From positions 1 through 44,285 of IMG/VR virus record IMGVR_UViG_3300034008_000051: 44,285 nucleotides of DNA. The stretch is one strand, 5' to 3'. Numbering within the stretch: the first letter of the stretch is position 1; every line of letters begins with the position of its first letter. Shown here piece by piece: positions 16,199 to 25,950 of this stretch. The stretch comes from a virus (Duplodnaviria; Caudoviricetes). Below the pieces are notes generated by a model. It saw only the letters and a program-made list of their open reading frames with translations. It made no database searches and was not told the origin of the DNA. The translations under genes and the position numbers were made by a program.

Positions 16199-16386
16199 TA
16201 GGCAACCTCAACCTTTTCGAGTTCGATTGACTCGATGTTATTGTTGGTAGGATTGCCGTCAGCATCTTGCAGCTCACCCTCATAGAGGCCGGCAAGCTTG
16301 TTTCGCGCCGAGTCTTCGTTCTTCGCCTCTATAGAGCCGTCTGCGAAGCCTTGCTTGGTAGTTACATGGAAGTTGAATAATTGCAT
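16198..16386 (-). CDS. Small hypothetical protein
   Basis: 62 aa, TAATG-coupled to the next gene. Confidence 0.6.
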   Translation of the reverse strand: MQLFNFHVTTKQGFADGSIEAKNEDSARNKLAGLYEGELQDADGNPTNNNIESIELEKVEVA

Positions 16387-16395
16387 AACGTTTTC

Positions 16396-16950
16396 CTATA
16401 TGGCCTCCACCAAGATGAATGCGGGATAGCTTGCCCCTGCCTCGAGCTTCGCCGTGCCAGCAATCGTGTCGTGGGCCAGCCCGACGTTGTACGTCTTGGC
16501 GCCGGCGGAGGGCGTATGTACGGCCATGGCAAGGCCTATGGTTGCGCCTGAGCCACCTCCACCGAAGCCGTTGCCGCCACTCAGCCGGGTTCCTGAGCCC
16601 ACTGCACCGTCCCAGATGGACAGGACGATCTTGGCGTTCGCTGCCGTGGCGCTGTACAGCGTTGAGCAGTAAGCGGTGATCTTGACCCGGCGCCCACCGG
16701 GGGGAATCGTCACCGCGGCTGTCAGACCGGTGACCTGGCCGCCGGTCGTCGAGGTAGTGGTGAAGTCCGCAGTGATCTGGGCGTAACCGAGAGTGATGGC
16801 ACTAGTTGCCAGCGCAGCTGCCGGCACTGCACCCTGATTCAATCCAGTACCCGCTGCAAGGGCTTGATCGTTGGCGTTCAGTTCGTTCCACTGAGCAGTG
16901 GTCGGTATCTGACCGTTGGTGAATGTTTTAGATGGGTAAGGTAATGCCAC
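16396..16950 (-). CDS. Minor tail protein
   Basis: Gly/Thr/Ala-rich; FTNGQIPT.AQWN N-terminus; AGGAG ribosome-binding site and extended -10 at 16973-16981. Confidence 0.6.
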   Translation of the reverse strand: MALPYPSKTFTNGQIPTTAQWNELNANDQALAAGTGLNQGAVPAAALATSAITLGYAQITADFTTTSTTGGQVTGLTAAVTIPPGGRRVKITAYCSTLYSATAANAKIVLSIWDGAVGSGTRLSGGNGFGGGGSGATIGLAMAVHTPSAGAKTYNVGLAHDTIAGTAKLEAGASYPAFILVEAI

Positions 16951-16983
16951 TCGTTGTTATCTCCTAAGACTCAGTATAACAAA

Positions 16984-18564
16984 TCATGGCGCCAAACTAT
17001 GCGTGCCATTTATAGCACTGACGCCTATCTGGAAGTAGCTCGTGAAGTCTCTGGCCTCGAGAGTTAGTGACTGTGAAATGGGGGAGTTGGGGCTCATGCC
17101 GATACGGTTTCCTAGCACCACCGTCTTCAGGGTTTCGTTCGTATCTTCGATCGTCACGTTGACAACGTCACCGAATTGATAGGCCGGGTTGGGAAAGATA
17201 GGAGCCAGCATCTGCCGCCTCGGCTGGTTGTAAGCGGTAACGAGAATGTAGGCGTATGCCTGGGCGGTCGCGGCATCCTGAAGGTAGTCATTCGAGACTT
17301 CTTTGACAACGCCTCCGTCGTCAGGGTTGAGTCCGTTATCGTCGATGCTGGTCTGGTCCTTGTACTCCTCGACGATCTTGCTTGTCACCTTGGCTGGTTG
17401 TCCGAAGACGCTCATCCGCGTGATATAAGCCTCGCTGGACCCGGCATTGCTGAAGGTAGCGGCGAATGACGTGCCGAAGGTGTAGAAGCTATCGAGCGCC
17501 ACTGTGCCCGCCGCACTGGAGGTGCCGTCAGTGTCTGTTGTGGGGGAGTAGAAGCTGTTAGTGAGGATCTCGTCAGACTCGATCGGCGTCTGGATGTTGA
17601 TGACCGGCAGCTCGCCGTCCTGGTCGCTGAAGCTACCGATGTACTCGGTGGTGCCGCCGGCAGGAACCGTGATGTAGCCCGACAGCAGCCAGACAGGTTG
17701 TGAGTCCATCACCGTCCGCGGCTTCGTCGTGACTCTGACGTGGTTGATCACTGGCGTGTCAACGAACGTCAGGTCGACAATGTTGCTGTACGTCAGGGTG
17801 CCGACCGCGGCCGGGTTGCTATTGAAGTGATACCGGTTCCAGAAGCGGGCGATGCCCTGCTCGTCGATGAAGAACACGCCAAGCTCAGACTCGACCAGGT
17901 CGCGGATCAGTGTCCCGATCTTCTTGCCGTTGGGCGCAACGAAGTGGATGGCGTTCTGCAAGCTCGCGTCTAGGACGTACTGAGATGAAGTAAAGCCGAC
18001 CTCTTGTAGCAGCATGGCTATCAGATCGTGGACCATGACATCGGTCTGCATGCCGAGGCTACTCTCGGTGCTGTTGATGTACTCCATGGCGTCGAAAGCG
18101 TGGATGCTCAGTATTCGGTTGCCGAGGGTTATCCGGGGACGACCGCTGTAGCCAACGAACTGCGGCATGTTTTCACCGCTGAAGCCCATGTTGACCTTGA
18201 TCGGCCTTCCGGGTTTGATGTAGTTGCCGATGGTGGCATCGTAAGTGGGAAGATACCGTTTCGACGTGTTGTTGAACTCGATGTCCAATTGGGCGCTCAT
18301 GACCCCGATGGGAATGGTACTGACCACACGCTCGATGTTGATGCTGTTGACGTTAGCGGTTTCCTCGACATAGTTGTACTTATCGAAGAGCGTTACCGTC
18401 GCGCCTCCAGGGATGATGTCCGGGCCATTGATGGCACTGGTACCGATCTGGAAGAAGATGGCAGCGGAGTTGTAAGTCTTGAGCCAGCTAATCAAAGCCG
18501 AGAAGGTCGGTTGATTGGCGGCTGCGGCGGCTGCCGTGGTGAAGGCTGAGGAGACAGATTGCAT
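16984..18564 (-). CDS. Tail tip/baseplate hub-like protein
   Basis: 526 aa, two genes after the tape measure; FFIDEQG.ARF and FGDVVNV motifs. Confidence 0.65.
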   Translation of the reverse strand: MQSVSSAFTTAAAAAANQPTFSALISWLKTYNSAAIFFQIGTSAINGPDIIPGGATVTLFDKYNYVEETANVNSINIERVVSTIPIGVMSAQLDIEFNNTSKRYLPTYDATIGNYIKPGRPIKVNMGFSGENMPQFVGYSGRPRITLGNRILSIHAFDAMEYINSTESSLGMQTDVMVHDLIAMLLQEVGFTSSQYVLDASLQNAIHFVAPNGKKIGTLIRDLVESELGVFFIDEQGIARFWNRYHFNSNPAAVGTLTYSNIVDLTFVDTPVINHVRVTTKPRTVMDSQPVWLLSGYITVPAGGTTEYIGSFSDQDGELPVINIQTPIESDEILTNSFYSPTTDTDGTSSAAGTVALDSFYTFGTSFAATFSNAGSSEAYITRMSVFGQPAKVTSKIVEEYKDQTSIDDNGLNPDDGGVVKEVSNDYLQDAATAQAYAYILVTAYNQPRRQMLAPIFPNPAYQFGDVVNVTIEDTNETLKTVVLGNRIGMSPNSPISQSLTLEARDFTSYFQIGVSAINGTHSLAP

Positions 18565-18905
18565 TACACTTCGTCGATTCCGACGGTGAATACATCCGTC
18601 ATAAATGTCGCCCCCTTCTCGTATAGGCCAGGGCTCAGGATCGTCACGAGGCCAGTGAAGGCCCAGCCACCGCTGTAGCGGCTGTCAGAGTTGCTGTAGG
18701 CGTGGCTGCTGAGGTCGTCCGCCCAGGTGAGGATGGCTTGTAGCTCGACCGGTGTCAGGTCGGTCCACGTCAGCTCGGCGTACTTCTTCTTGCCCAACTG
18801 GTTGCGCTGCAGGCTGAAGTTCAAGCTACGGTTGTCATAACGGGAATACTTGTAGTACTCGGCCAAACCGTTCGGCATCTTGATCGTGTTGCCGTCTATC
18901 GTCAT
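18564..18905 (-). CDS. Distal tail protein-like
   Basis: 113 aa directly after the tape measure. Confidence 0.55.
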   Translation of the reverse strand: MTIDGNTIKMPNGLAEYYKYSRYDNRSLNFSLQRNQLGKKKYAELTWTDLTPVELQAILTWADDLSSHAYSNSDSRYSGGWAFTGLVTILSPGLYEKGATFMTDVFTVGIDEV

Positions 18906-20797
18906 GCGGCCGTCCTCAGTTGTGACACGCTGTCAGTGCCCTGGCCGCGTAGTGCCTGGTCGACCATCTGCGCCATCTGAACGGCAAGTCCGCGCAGCGC
19001 ACCTTCATTGCCGACGACGTTGCCGCCGATGTTGAAGGTGAAGTTGTAGGACGGCGCGCGCCCCCCTTGGTCGAGTGCCGCGGTGTCTCGTGCGTTGATG
19101 ATGTTGCCTGACTGTCCAGGTACGAAGATCTCCTCGCCTTGCTCACCGACCCGATAGGCCGTGCCGCCCTGGACATAGCCACCACTGGCCCGGCCCTGGA
19201 GGTTAGAGCGTCCCCCCTGTAGGCCGCCCGCAGCGCCCTGCACACTGAGCGCGGAGTTGGAGCTCTGAAGCTTCTGGACGTTGCTTTGAAGCGTCTGGAC
19301 GCTGCCCTGGAGCTTCGTAGCCGTAGCGGCCGTGCTGACGTCCAGGTCGACGACGCTGCGCCTCGCATCGTCTATCCGGCTGACCAGACCGCTGAACTTG
19401 TCGATGCGCAGCTGGATGCTGCTGGTGACGTCCGGTGTCGCGATGACGAGATTGCCCTCAGCGATATTCTGCAGGTTCTGTGCCTCGGTCACCTTGTCAG
19501 TCGCTTCCTGAAGCCTAAGCTTCGACTGCTCGAGGTTGTAGGACGCCTCACGCGCCTCGAGGGAGCTTGGGCCGTACTCTGCGACGGCTTCGTTATACGA
19601 ACGCTGCGCGCGCTCGACTGACAGAGCACTGCCCAGCTGGTCGAACTTCGCGTCGCCGAGTGCTTTGGTCGCCTGTGTGGCGTTGTCTAGGTTTCGCTTG
19701 TTGATCTCGAGCTGCTCGTTGAGCCGTTCCTCTACGGATGCTTGCTGAGCCGAGGCCTGGCTGGAATCCTCAGTCGCCTTTTTATGGCCACCGAACAGAT
19801 ACAGGGTGGATGAGATGGCTGCGCCGACAGCGAGAATCGCCCAGCCGACTGGACCTGTGGCGATCTGGAAAGCCCGCGACGCAACTGCGGCCATGTTCAG
19901 CCCGGCGGCCATGGTGCGGAGGTTCGCGCCGAACCCGATGACTGCGCCGGCAGCTGTCGCGACTGGGCCGCCAAAGGCCAGTACGTTGATGGTGGCGTCC
20001 CTGACCGGTCCCTCCGTGCGCAGGAAAGACTGAGCGACGCCGTTGATCCGGTTGTTGAACTCTGCCAACACAGGAGCTGTCAGGGTGCCCACGGCGATCT
20101 TGAGCGCGGTGGAGCTGTCTTTGAGGTCCTTCTGGGACTGCGTGTACTTCTTGACCGCTTCCACATTGCTGGTGGACAGGGTGAGGCCCAGTCTGTCTGC
20201 GTCTTCCTGAAGCTTCTTGATGCCCTCGCTGCCCTTGTTGAGGATCGGCAGCAGACTGAGACCTTGACGGCCGAAGAGCTCGAGCGCTGCCGCGCTCTTG
20301 TCGGCACCGTTCGGCATGGCAGCAAACCTGTCTGCCACGTCGAGCAGAATCTCGGAGAATGACCGGGCGAAGCCGGCGCTGTCCTTCACCTTGACGTTGA
20401 GCTCGGTCAGCTTGGACGTGGACGCCTTGCTGGCATCACCAGCCTCCGCGATCTTCCTGGAAAACAGCCCAAAGATCTGCGAGCTAGCCGTGGCATCGAC
20501 GCCCATGCGCTGGAAGGCGTACTGCAGCCGCGAAGCTTGTTCGACACCCTCCCCGGTAACCCTGGAAACTCTATTCACGCCGGCCACGTACTCGACCGTC
20601 GCGTCGGTCGCGTTCTTGGCGTATGCGGTGAGGCCGACCCCTACGGCAGCAATCGCAGCGCCAGCGATCTTGAAGTGCTTGCTCGTGTCGTCAGCTACCT
20701 TGCCACTGTCCGAGACATTACGACTCACAGTCCGAAGTGTCTGGGAGGCCTCATCCCTGGCTTTGATGGTCAGATTGAGTTCACTACTGTCAGCCAT
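18902..20797 (-). CDS. Tail tape measure protein
   Basis: Ala-rich helical 631 aa; LTIKARDEAS start, ELFGRQG, GRASGGYV...YRVGEQGEEIFVP. Confidence 0.9.
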   Translation of the reverse strand: MADSSELNLTIKARDEASQTLRTVSRNVSDSGKVADDTSKHFKIAGAAIAAVGVGLTAYAKNATDATVEYVAGVNRVSRVTGEGVEQASRLQYAFQRMGVDATASSQIFGLFSRKIAEAGDASKASTSKLTELNVKVKDSAGFARSFSEILLDVADRFAAMPNGADKSAAALELFGRQGLSLLPILNKGSEGIKKLQEDADRLGLTLSTSNVEAVKKYTQSQKDLKDSSTALKIAVGTLTAPVLAEFNNRINGVAQSFLRTEGPVRDATINVLAFGGPVATAAGAVIGFGANLRTMAAGLNMAAVASRAFQIATGPVGWAILAVGAAISSTLYLFGGHKKATEDSSQASAQQASVEERLNEQLEINKRNLDNATQATKALGDAKFDQLGSALSVERAQRSYNEAVAEYGPSSLEAREASYNLEQSKLRLQEATDKVTEAQNLQNIAEGNLVIATPDVTSSIQLRIDKFSGLVSRIDDARRSVVDLDVSTAATATKLQGSVQTLQSNVQKLQSSNSALSVQGAAGGLQGGRSNLQGRASGGYVQGGTAYRVGEQGEEIFVPGQSGNIINARDTAALDQGGRAPSYNFTFNIGGNVVGNEGALRGLAVQMAQMVDQALRGQGTDSVSQLRTAA

Positions 20798-21008
20798 GGT
20801 TTACCTGTGAAGCCTTTTTGCGCTCATCGAGTGCTATCTGCAGTAAAGCTCTGAACCAAGGAGGCTGAGATACGAACTGCTGATAACTCCAGAGCATTGT
20901 TATACACATCTCCATCATAGCAATATCAGGAGTGATTTTTAAGCTTGCTCCGCCTAAGTAGCGGGCGTAGTCTTCTCGGAATCTTCGCCCTCGGTCATCA
21001 CTAAAGGG
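20790..21008 (-). CDS. -1 frameshift extension of the tail assembly chaperone (gpGT-type)
   Basis: Slippery C CCT TTA at 21008-21002; the -1 frame stays open to TGA 20790 and encodes ...EDYARYLGG...MCITMLWSYQQFVSQPPWF. Confidence 0.75.
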   Translation of the reverse strand, partial: PFSDDRGRRFREDYARYLGGASLKITPDIAMMEMCITMLWSYQQFVSQPPWFRALLQIALDERKKASQVNHG

Positions 21009-21310
21009 TTGACTACCTTCTTGACCTCACGGCTTACTATCTTGTAGTCGGGGAGCGGAAGATTGCGAATCGCTTCGACGATGTCATCCGAGCTGCCATC
21101 AACGCTCACGACAGCTGCCAGCCACGCTTCATGATCAGCCGCGGCCATAGTCTCGCCCGTATAGGTGACGTTGCCAGCTGCGTTTACCTGGCCCCCATTG
21201 TAGTAATGGGCCTGGATGCGTTCGTCGTCTACGCCGGTGATCCAGTCCTTGAGAACGACCGTCTTGTTCGATATTGGTAGGTTGATTTTGTGAGTTGGAA
21301 TGTCTGACAT
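20954..21310 (-). CDS. Tail assembly chaperone
   Basis: 118 aa between the tail tube and tape measure, with an internal slippery site. Confidence 0.8.
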   Translation of the reverse strand: MSDIPTHKINLPISNKTVVLKDWITGVDDERIQAHYYNGGQVNAAGNVTYTGETMAAADHEAWLAAVVSVDGSSDDIVEAIRNLPLPDYKIVSREVKKVVNPLVMTEGEDSEKTTPAT

Positions 21311-21312
21311 GA

Positions 21313-22311
21313 CTAGTATGCCGAAGCACCATTTACAGCGTTGGTAAGTCGAGCAGTGATCTGTGAGGCAGTAGCGATGTTCAGTGACGCCTTGAACGGG
21401 ATGCTCAATGTGCTGATGTCGTCATTGCTGAACCCGCGCTCTGGGAACGACAGGATGATCTCGGGGAACTGGAAGCGCAGGGCAGGGTTGTGGGTCCCAC
21501 TAGTGCCAATGATGACGTCAGTGTTGACCATCTCAATGCGGAGTGCCTGATGAGTTCCAGCGGCGGCCAGCGTGTGGAAGGTCCGGTCGTCGTAGTACAT
21601 CTCGAAGGTGCCAGTGACATCGACGCGCTTGTTGACCACGTCGTCTATGTCGTTGGTGCCCATGACCTGCAGGCTTTCAGCATTCTTGGCGATCTCGAAG
21701 TTGACGGAGCGCACTTTGATGGCGGTTGCCGCGTCGAGCGTTGCGTCGTTCGCGCCGGCGGCAGCAAGCTTGACGCTCATGTGCTTGGGAAGGAACTCGT
21801 TCTCGTTCGTGAAGGCAACTGTCTCGGTGCTGGAAGCGCTGACCTTACCGATGAGGTTGACGGTGCGGCGGATGTAGTCGCCAACTTCGGCCTGTAGCGA
21901 CCAGGTGTTGACGGCGCACATCGGCGCCCGGCCCGAGTAGTTCGTGTCGGTCAGAGCTGCCGTCAGAGTGGCGTGCTGGTTGGTCTGCAGCATCGTGTAC
22001 GTGTTGTCGTACACGCCGGTCGTCGTGCGCTGTACGGACGTTGGGAGCTGTCCGAACACGCCCACGAGCTCGAGGCCGACTGACTTGTCGAAGATCTTGC
22101 CGCCGTAGTCACCTTCGGACCAGCGCTTGACGATCTGGGAGTCGCTGACACCGGCGAGATTGCCGAAGCCGGACTCGTTGTCCTTCATCTCCAGCTTGTC
22201 GTCGAAGCCGAGGTCGAGTACTGGAATAAAGTAGGTTGGTGCCACAGCGGTTCCGCGGGTAGTTTCGCGGCCCAGCCCTAGCTTAGTAAGTCGTCCTATA
22301 ATGCGTGTCAT
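21313..22311 (-). CDS. Major tail tube protein
   Basis: LGLGRETTRGTAVAP...VTGTFEMYYD pattern; 332 aa; gene order. Confidence 0.8.
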   Translation of the reverse strand: MTRIIGRLTKLGLGRETTRGTAVAPTYFIPVLDLGFDDKLEMKDNESGFGNLAGVSDSQIVKRWSEGDYGGKIFDKSVGLELVGVFGQLPTSVQRTTTGVYDNTYTMLQTNQHATLTAALTDTNYSGRAPMCAVNTWSLQAEVGDYIRRTVNLIGKVSASSTETVAFTNENEFLPKHMSVKLAAAGANDATLDAATAIKVRSVNFEIAKNAESLQVMGTNDIDDVVNKRVDVTGTFEMYYDDRTFHTLAAAGTHQALRIEMVNTDVIIGTSGTHNPALRFQFPEIILSFPERGFSNDDISTLSIPFKASLNIATASQITARLTNAVNGASAY

Positions 22312-22454
22312 TCACTAGCCTCGTCGCCTTTCTTTTCCTCAGCGAGCAAGTCTTTCAGCTGTTTGTCGGCTGCTTGCCGGTCAACGGCCTGAACCGTCTT
22401 GTTGTGCTCCGGGAAGTAGAACGTCTCGAGGTCTTGAGTATCTTTCTTTGGCAT
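22308..22454 (-). CDS. 48-aa small protein (MPKKDTQDLETFYFPEH...)
   Basis: AGGAG ribosome-binding site; ATGA overlap with the tail tube start; extended -10 TGCTAAGAT at 22471-22479. Confidence 0.65.
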   Translation of the reverse strand: MPKKDTQDLETFYFPEHNKTVQAVDRQAADKQLKDLLAEEKKGDEASE

Positions 22455-22479
22455 ATAAGCTCCTAACTAAATCTTAGCA

Positions 22480-22983
22480 TTAAAGGCCCGGCAATGGTAC
22501 ATGCAATCTGACGTTGAATCGCACGACTGCCTCTACCGAGAATGAACCTGGTCCGCGGCGGTCGACGCCTATTCCATAACTTACTTCTACCGGTGTGCCA
22601 ACCCCGATCCATAACTTCTCGTCGAGCTGCTGGCTCTTGCGCAGCTGGTAGAGCAGCGTTTCCTCTAGCAGCTGGTAGTCGTCGCTGCGGCCCTCGCAGA
22701 ACTCGTAGATCTCCGGTGTGCCGGCGACCAAGTCATATGCACCGTCCAAATCCTGGGTGAAGTCGAGGATAACCGTGGCCACCAGGGCGATCAGGTGCTC
22801 ATCCTCCATGTTCGTGGCCGGCGAGATGGTCGTACTGTCCTTGGCGACGTAGCAGAGGGGAAGCTCCGATTTGTTGGGTAGCAGGACGTCGCCATTTATG
22901 TAGCGGCCCTTGAGCTTGGACGGCCCGTGCTGCTCGAGCAGGTCGATGACCTTTTGGATGACGGGGTCCCGGTAGGCACTCAT
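22480..22983 (-). CDS. Tail terminator/completion protein (putative)
   Basis: Position and size (167 aa). Confidence 0.55.
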   Translation of the reverse strand: MSAYRDPVIQKVIDLLEQHGPSKLKGRYINGDVLLPNKSELPLCYVAKDSTTISPATNMEDEHLIALVATVILDFTQDLDGAYDLVAGTPEIYEFCEGRSDDYQLLEETLLYQLRKSQQLDEKLWIGVGTPVEVSYGIGVDRRGPGSFSVEAVVRFNVRLHVPLPGL

Positions 22984-23433
22984 CTAGCCCCTACTCCGCA
23001 TAAGGACGATTAAGTATTCCTGGAAGGTCTTCACAATAAACGTCTTACGGTCTTGGTCGATCTTCATCATGACGCGACGTGGAATGCGTTTACGTGGTTG
23101 GTTGCTTTGGTGATACTTGAAGTACTCGGCGCTGTTAGTCAACTCAATCTTCGTCTTGGTAGAGCTTGTGAGGAACGATTTGCGCATGACGCCTGTCTTT
23201 TCGAGCAAGGGCCACGTATCGGTTCGCTGCCCCTTCTTGAATTGTGGCGTTCGCTCCGGCCAGCCGCCGAATAGGCCACCTCGCTGGCTGAAGTTGAGTT
23301 GGAATGTTTTATGCAGTTCCGTACTTACCTGCTTGAGTGGGTTCGTGAAGTCGGACACGCCGTCAGTGACGATGTGCAGCCGCCGTGAGAATTGCTTGTC
23401 GCCTTCGATAGAGAAGCTTAGTTGGAAGGCCAT
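22984..23433 (-). CDS. Virion morphogenesis protein (Mu gpG-like)
   Basis: W...LLEKTGVMRKS...YFKYHQ...IPRR motif. Confidence 0.8.
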   Translation of the reverse strand: MAFQLSFSIEGDKQFSRRLHIVTDGVSDFTNPLKQVSTELHKTFQLNFSQRGGLFGGWPERTPQFKKGQRTDTWPLLEKTGVMRKSFLTSSTKTKIELTNSAEYFKYHQSNQPRKRIPRRVMMKIDQDRKTFIVKTFQEYLIVLMRSRG

Positions 23434-24134
23434 TACAGCGGTTGCCTCCGCATGAACCAGTCATCAGGGTCGACGTAGCCATCGTCTGGGCGACGCTCGA
23501 AGATGTCTCCGTCAGAGATAGCGCTTGCCTGGGCATTGCCAGTGGTGTTCGTGGCGTCGATGCGCTCCTCAGCCTCGAGTCCGCCAACGTAGTCCGCAAG
23601 CAGCTGGGTAGCGAGCTTGATCTTGGCGTAGCCGTCCTTTGACGTTTGCTCAGTGTCGACGCGTGCCCCCCAGTCTCGGGTCAGGATCAGGCCGGCGGCA
23701 TAGAGCTCGGCGGCCGTGGTGATAACTCCTGGCACAGGTTTGAGGGGCAGTGTCGGTGGCTTGGTCAGGGCGGCACCGCGGAACTTGAGGTCAATCCAAC
23801 TGTCAGCTTGCTTCTGCTTGCCTTCTACGTAGCCGTCGCTGATCGGGCTGAAGTAGTAGGTCAATGTGACTTTGGAGCTGGCAGTCGGAGCATCCTGCAG
23901 CGTGACGATGCCACCGCGGGCGTCGACCGACGCGACCTTAACGGCAGTGCCGTCTACGTACGCCTGGACGTCCTGCGTGGATACAGAGTCGTCGTTGTCG
24001 CTGTCGACGATCGGGCGGCGCTTCACAGTAAAGGCGCGGTTGGTTCCATTAACCGCGCCTGCTGGGGATTCATTGTCGGAGCGGGATTGCAGCCCCGCCC
24101 CTTCCCGGATCGCTTGTACGGAAGCGTAGGACAC
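23433..24134 (-). CDS. Head-tail adaptor-like protein
   Basis: MSYASV start, ADSWID, helical C-terminal half; inserted beta domain (VNGTNRAFTV...IVTLQDAP). Confidence 0.6.
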   Translation of the reverse strand: MSYASVQAIREGAGLQSRSDNESPAGAVNGTNRAFTVKRRPIVDSDNDDSVSTQDVQAYVDGTAVKVASVDARGGIVTLQDAPTASSKVTLTYYFSPISDGYVEGKQKQADSWIDLKFRGAALTKPPTLPLKPVPGVITTAAELYAAGLILTRDWGARVDTEQTSKDGYAKIKLATQLLADYVGGLEAEERIDATNTTGNAQASAISDGDIFERRPDDGYVDPDDWFMRRQPL

Positions 24135-24137
24135 GGG

Positions 24138-24569
24138 CTAGGCCTTCTTGCTGGCCTTTTCAGTGTCAGCCGTACCAGGGTTGTTGTCGCCGCCGCCAGG
24201 GACACCGATGTTGTTGTTCTGGTTGTCAGCCTTGTTGTCGTCGGTAATGACCGTCGCCGTGTTGGCAAGCCCACCGTTGACACCGGTGTCGTAGTTGCGG
24301 CCTGGCTTGGCCACAGCGTTGTCGCCAGGATCGCTGACGTCCTGCTCGCTGAGCGTTGCAGCAGCTTCGTCGAGCTTGGCAGCTTGCGTGCTGGTGACGA
24401 TCTCGAGTGACGGGTCAGCCTTGATCTGTTCGAGCTGTTCCTTGGTCAGTTCGACTTCCTGTGCCGTAGGACCAGGCAGGAAGTGGAGTCCTGCTCTGCG
24501 GTGGCCCTGCGCCAGTGTGAAGCCTTTGATCAACCGAACGTAATATTTCTTAGTCTTCTCTTCTGCCAT
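24138..24569 (-). CDS. HI1506-like Mu-type protein
   Basis: HRRAGLHF...LTKEQLEQIKADPSLEIV; follows a Mu-like capsid gene. Confidence 0.7.
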   Translation of the reverse strand: MAEEKTKKYYVRLIKGFTLAQGHRRAGLHFLPGPTAQEVELTKEQLEQIKADPSLEIVTSTQAAKLDEAAATLSEQDVSDPGDNAVAKPGRNYDTGVNGGLANTATVITDDNKADNQNNNIGVPGGGDNNPGTADTEKASKKA

Positions 24570-24594
24570 ATGGGTGATCTCCGCTTAGGTGTTA

Positions 24595-25512
24595 TTAGGC
24601 TCCGAGGGTGCCGGTCGCACCAGTCGAGGCGACTGCTTTCTGGAAGAGGCCGTAACCAACTGCACCGCGCCAATAGGTACCGGTGTAGACCTTGCGGCGC
24701 ATGAACTCGGCTTCGGACTGGTTGACGACAGTGCCGGCGGTTGGGATATGACCCAGGACTGCCAGCTCTTCGCGCTTCCGGTTGACCTGTACGAACGGCT
24801 TGATGACGCCTGTCTTGTTGATCAGGTACCACGTATCGGTATTGGTCAGCCAGGCGTTTACACGGATCTCAGCGGCGTTGTAGTACGGGTTGTCCGTACC
24901 GTTTGACAGTTTCTGGGTGCTGATCAGCGCCTCAGCAGCTGCCAGCAGCTCTGGAGGGATGATGAGTACGAGGTCGAGCACCGCGTTCAGCGGGCGGCCT
25001 TGGTCATCTTTGAACCGGTAGAACATGGTGCGTGCCGCACCGAAGGATGTGGGTCCAAGCTTTCCGGTAAGGACGTTGCTCTGGATACCGCTCGCACCAA
25101 CCTGGTGGTCAGTGTCGAAGAAGTACTGGCCGTCGTACGCCAGTCCTGTGAAACCACCGGGCAACAGGGTGCCGTAGAGCAGTTCGTCTGGGAAGGTGGC
25201 AGCCGATTCACCGATCTGGCCGGCCAGGATGGCGTACTTGCCGGTTTGGTCGTCATCAACGTCTTTGAGGTCGATGGCCATGGAAGCTTCGTACTCTTCG
25301 TTTTCGATGCTGTACTTGTAGGTACCGACCTGTACCGGCTTACGCTCACCGTCGAACAAGCGCATGCGAGGCACTGAGCCAAGCCACGCGAAGCTATCCG
25401 ATGGTCCATTACTGTTCATTTCCATAAGAATGCCCGCGCTGTTGGACTGGTAGGCGTCGAATGACTCCTGGAACTCCGAGCGCAAGCCTTTGACGAATAG
25501 ATCATCTAACAT
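24595..25512 (-). CDS. Major capsid protein (Mu gpT-like)
   Basis: AWLGSVPRMR, YSIENEEYEAS, DVDDDQTG, YDGQYFFDTDH, IKPFVQ. Confidence 0.92.
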   Translation of the reverse strand: MLDDLFVKGLRSEFQESFDAYQSNSAGILMEMNSNGPSDSFAWLGSVPRMRLFDGERKPVQVGTYKYSIENEEYEASMAIDLKDVDDDQTGKYAILAGQIGESAATFPDELLYGTLLPGGFTGLAYDGQYFFDTDHQVGASGIQSNVLTGKLGPTSFGAARTMFYRFKDDQGRPLNAVLDLVLIIPPELLAAAEALISTQKLSNGTDNPYYNAAEIRVNAWLTNTDTWYLINKTGVIKPFVQVNRKREELAVLGHIPTAGTVVNQSEAEFMRRKVYTGTYWRGAVGYGLFQKAVASTGATGTLGA

Positions 25513-25534
25513 TTATTCTGTCTCCGTTATTGGA

Positions 25535-25948
25535 CTAAGAGTCCGGGGTTAATGCTACGAATACTTGAGTCGCGCTGACTACCTCAGTCACAACGCCCAC
25601 GAGGACGTCATTGGTAGTAGTTGCTGCCAGAGCTACAGTCTGGTCGTCGACTGCATAGACCTTCTGGCCGGTCCATGTCTGGTCAGCGCCCGTGCATGCG
25701 AAGGGGAATACACCCCGTGCCCATACGCGGACCTTCTTGGAACCAGCAGCGCCCGTGGAGTTCTTGACGTTCTTGTCAGCAACTCCGACGAACTTGTGAC
25801 CGGATGTGTCGCCAGAGCGCTGGGCAAAGCCAGTAGCTTGGACAACTGATACGAGAGCACCGGCGAAAACGTCGACAGCTCCAACTTTGTAGGGACGGAT
25901 TACACCGTCGCCGCGCTGCATTGCCCGTGGGGCAGTGAGGTTAGCCAT
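25535..25948 (-). CDS. Capsid decoration/cement protein (DUF2190-like)
   Basis: FVGVAD...VRVWARGVF...GQKVYAVDDQTV; between protease and capsid. Confidence 0.75.
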   Translation of the reverse strand: MANLTAPRAMQRGDGVIRPYKVGAVDVFAGALVSVVQATGFAQRSGDTSGHKFVGVADKNVKNSTGAAGSKKVRVWARGVFPFACTGADQTWTGQKVYAVDDQTVALAATTTNDVLVGVVTEVVSATQVFVALTPDS

Positions 25949-25950
25949 AT

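Noticed and set aside
23646-24410. 254-aa plus-strand ORF
   Set aside because: Shadow of the head-tail genes on the minus strand
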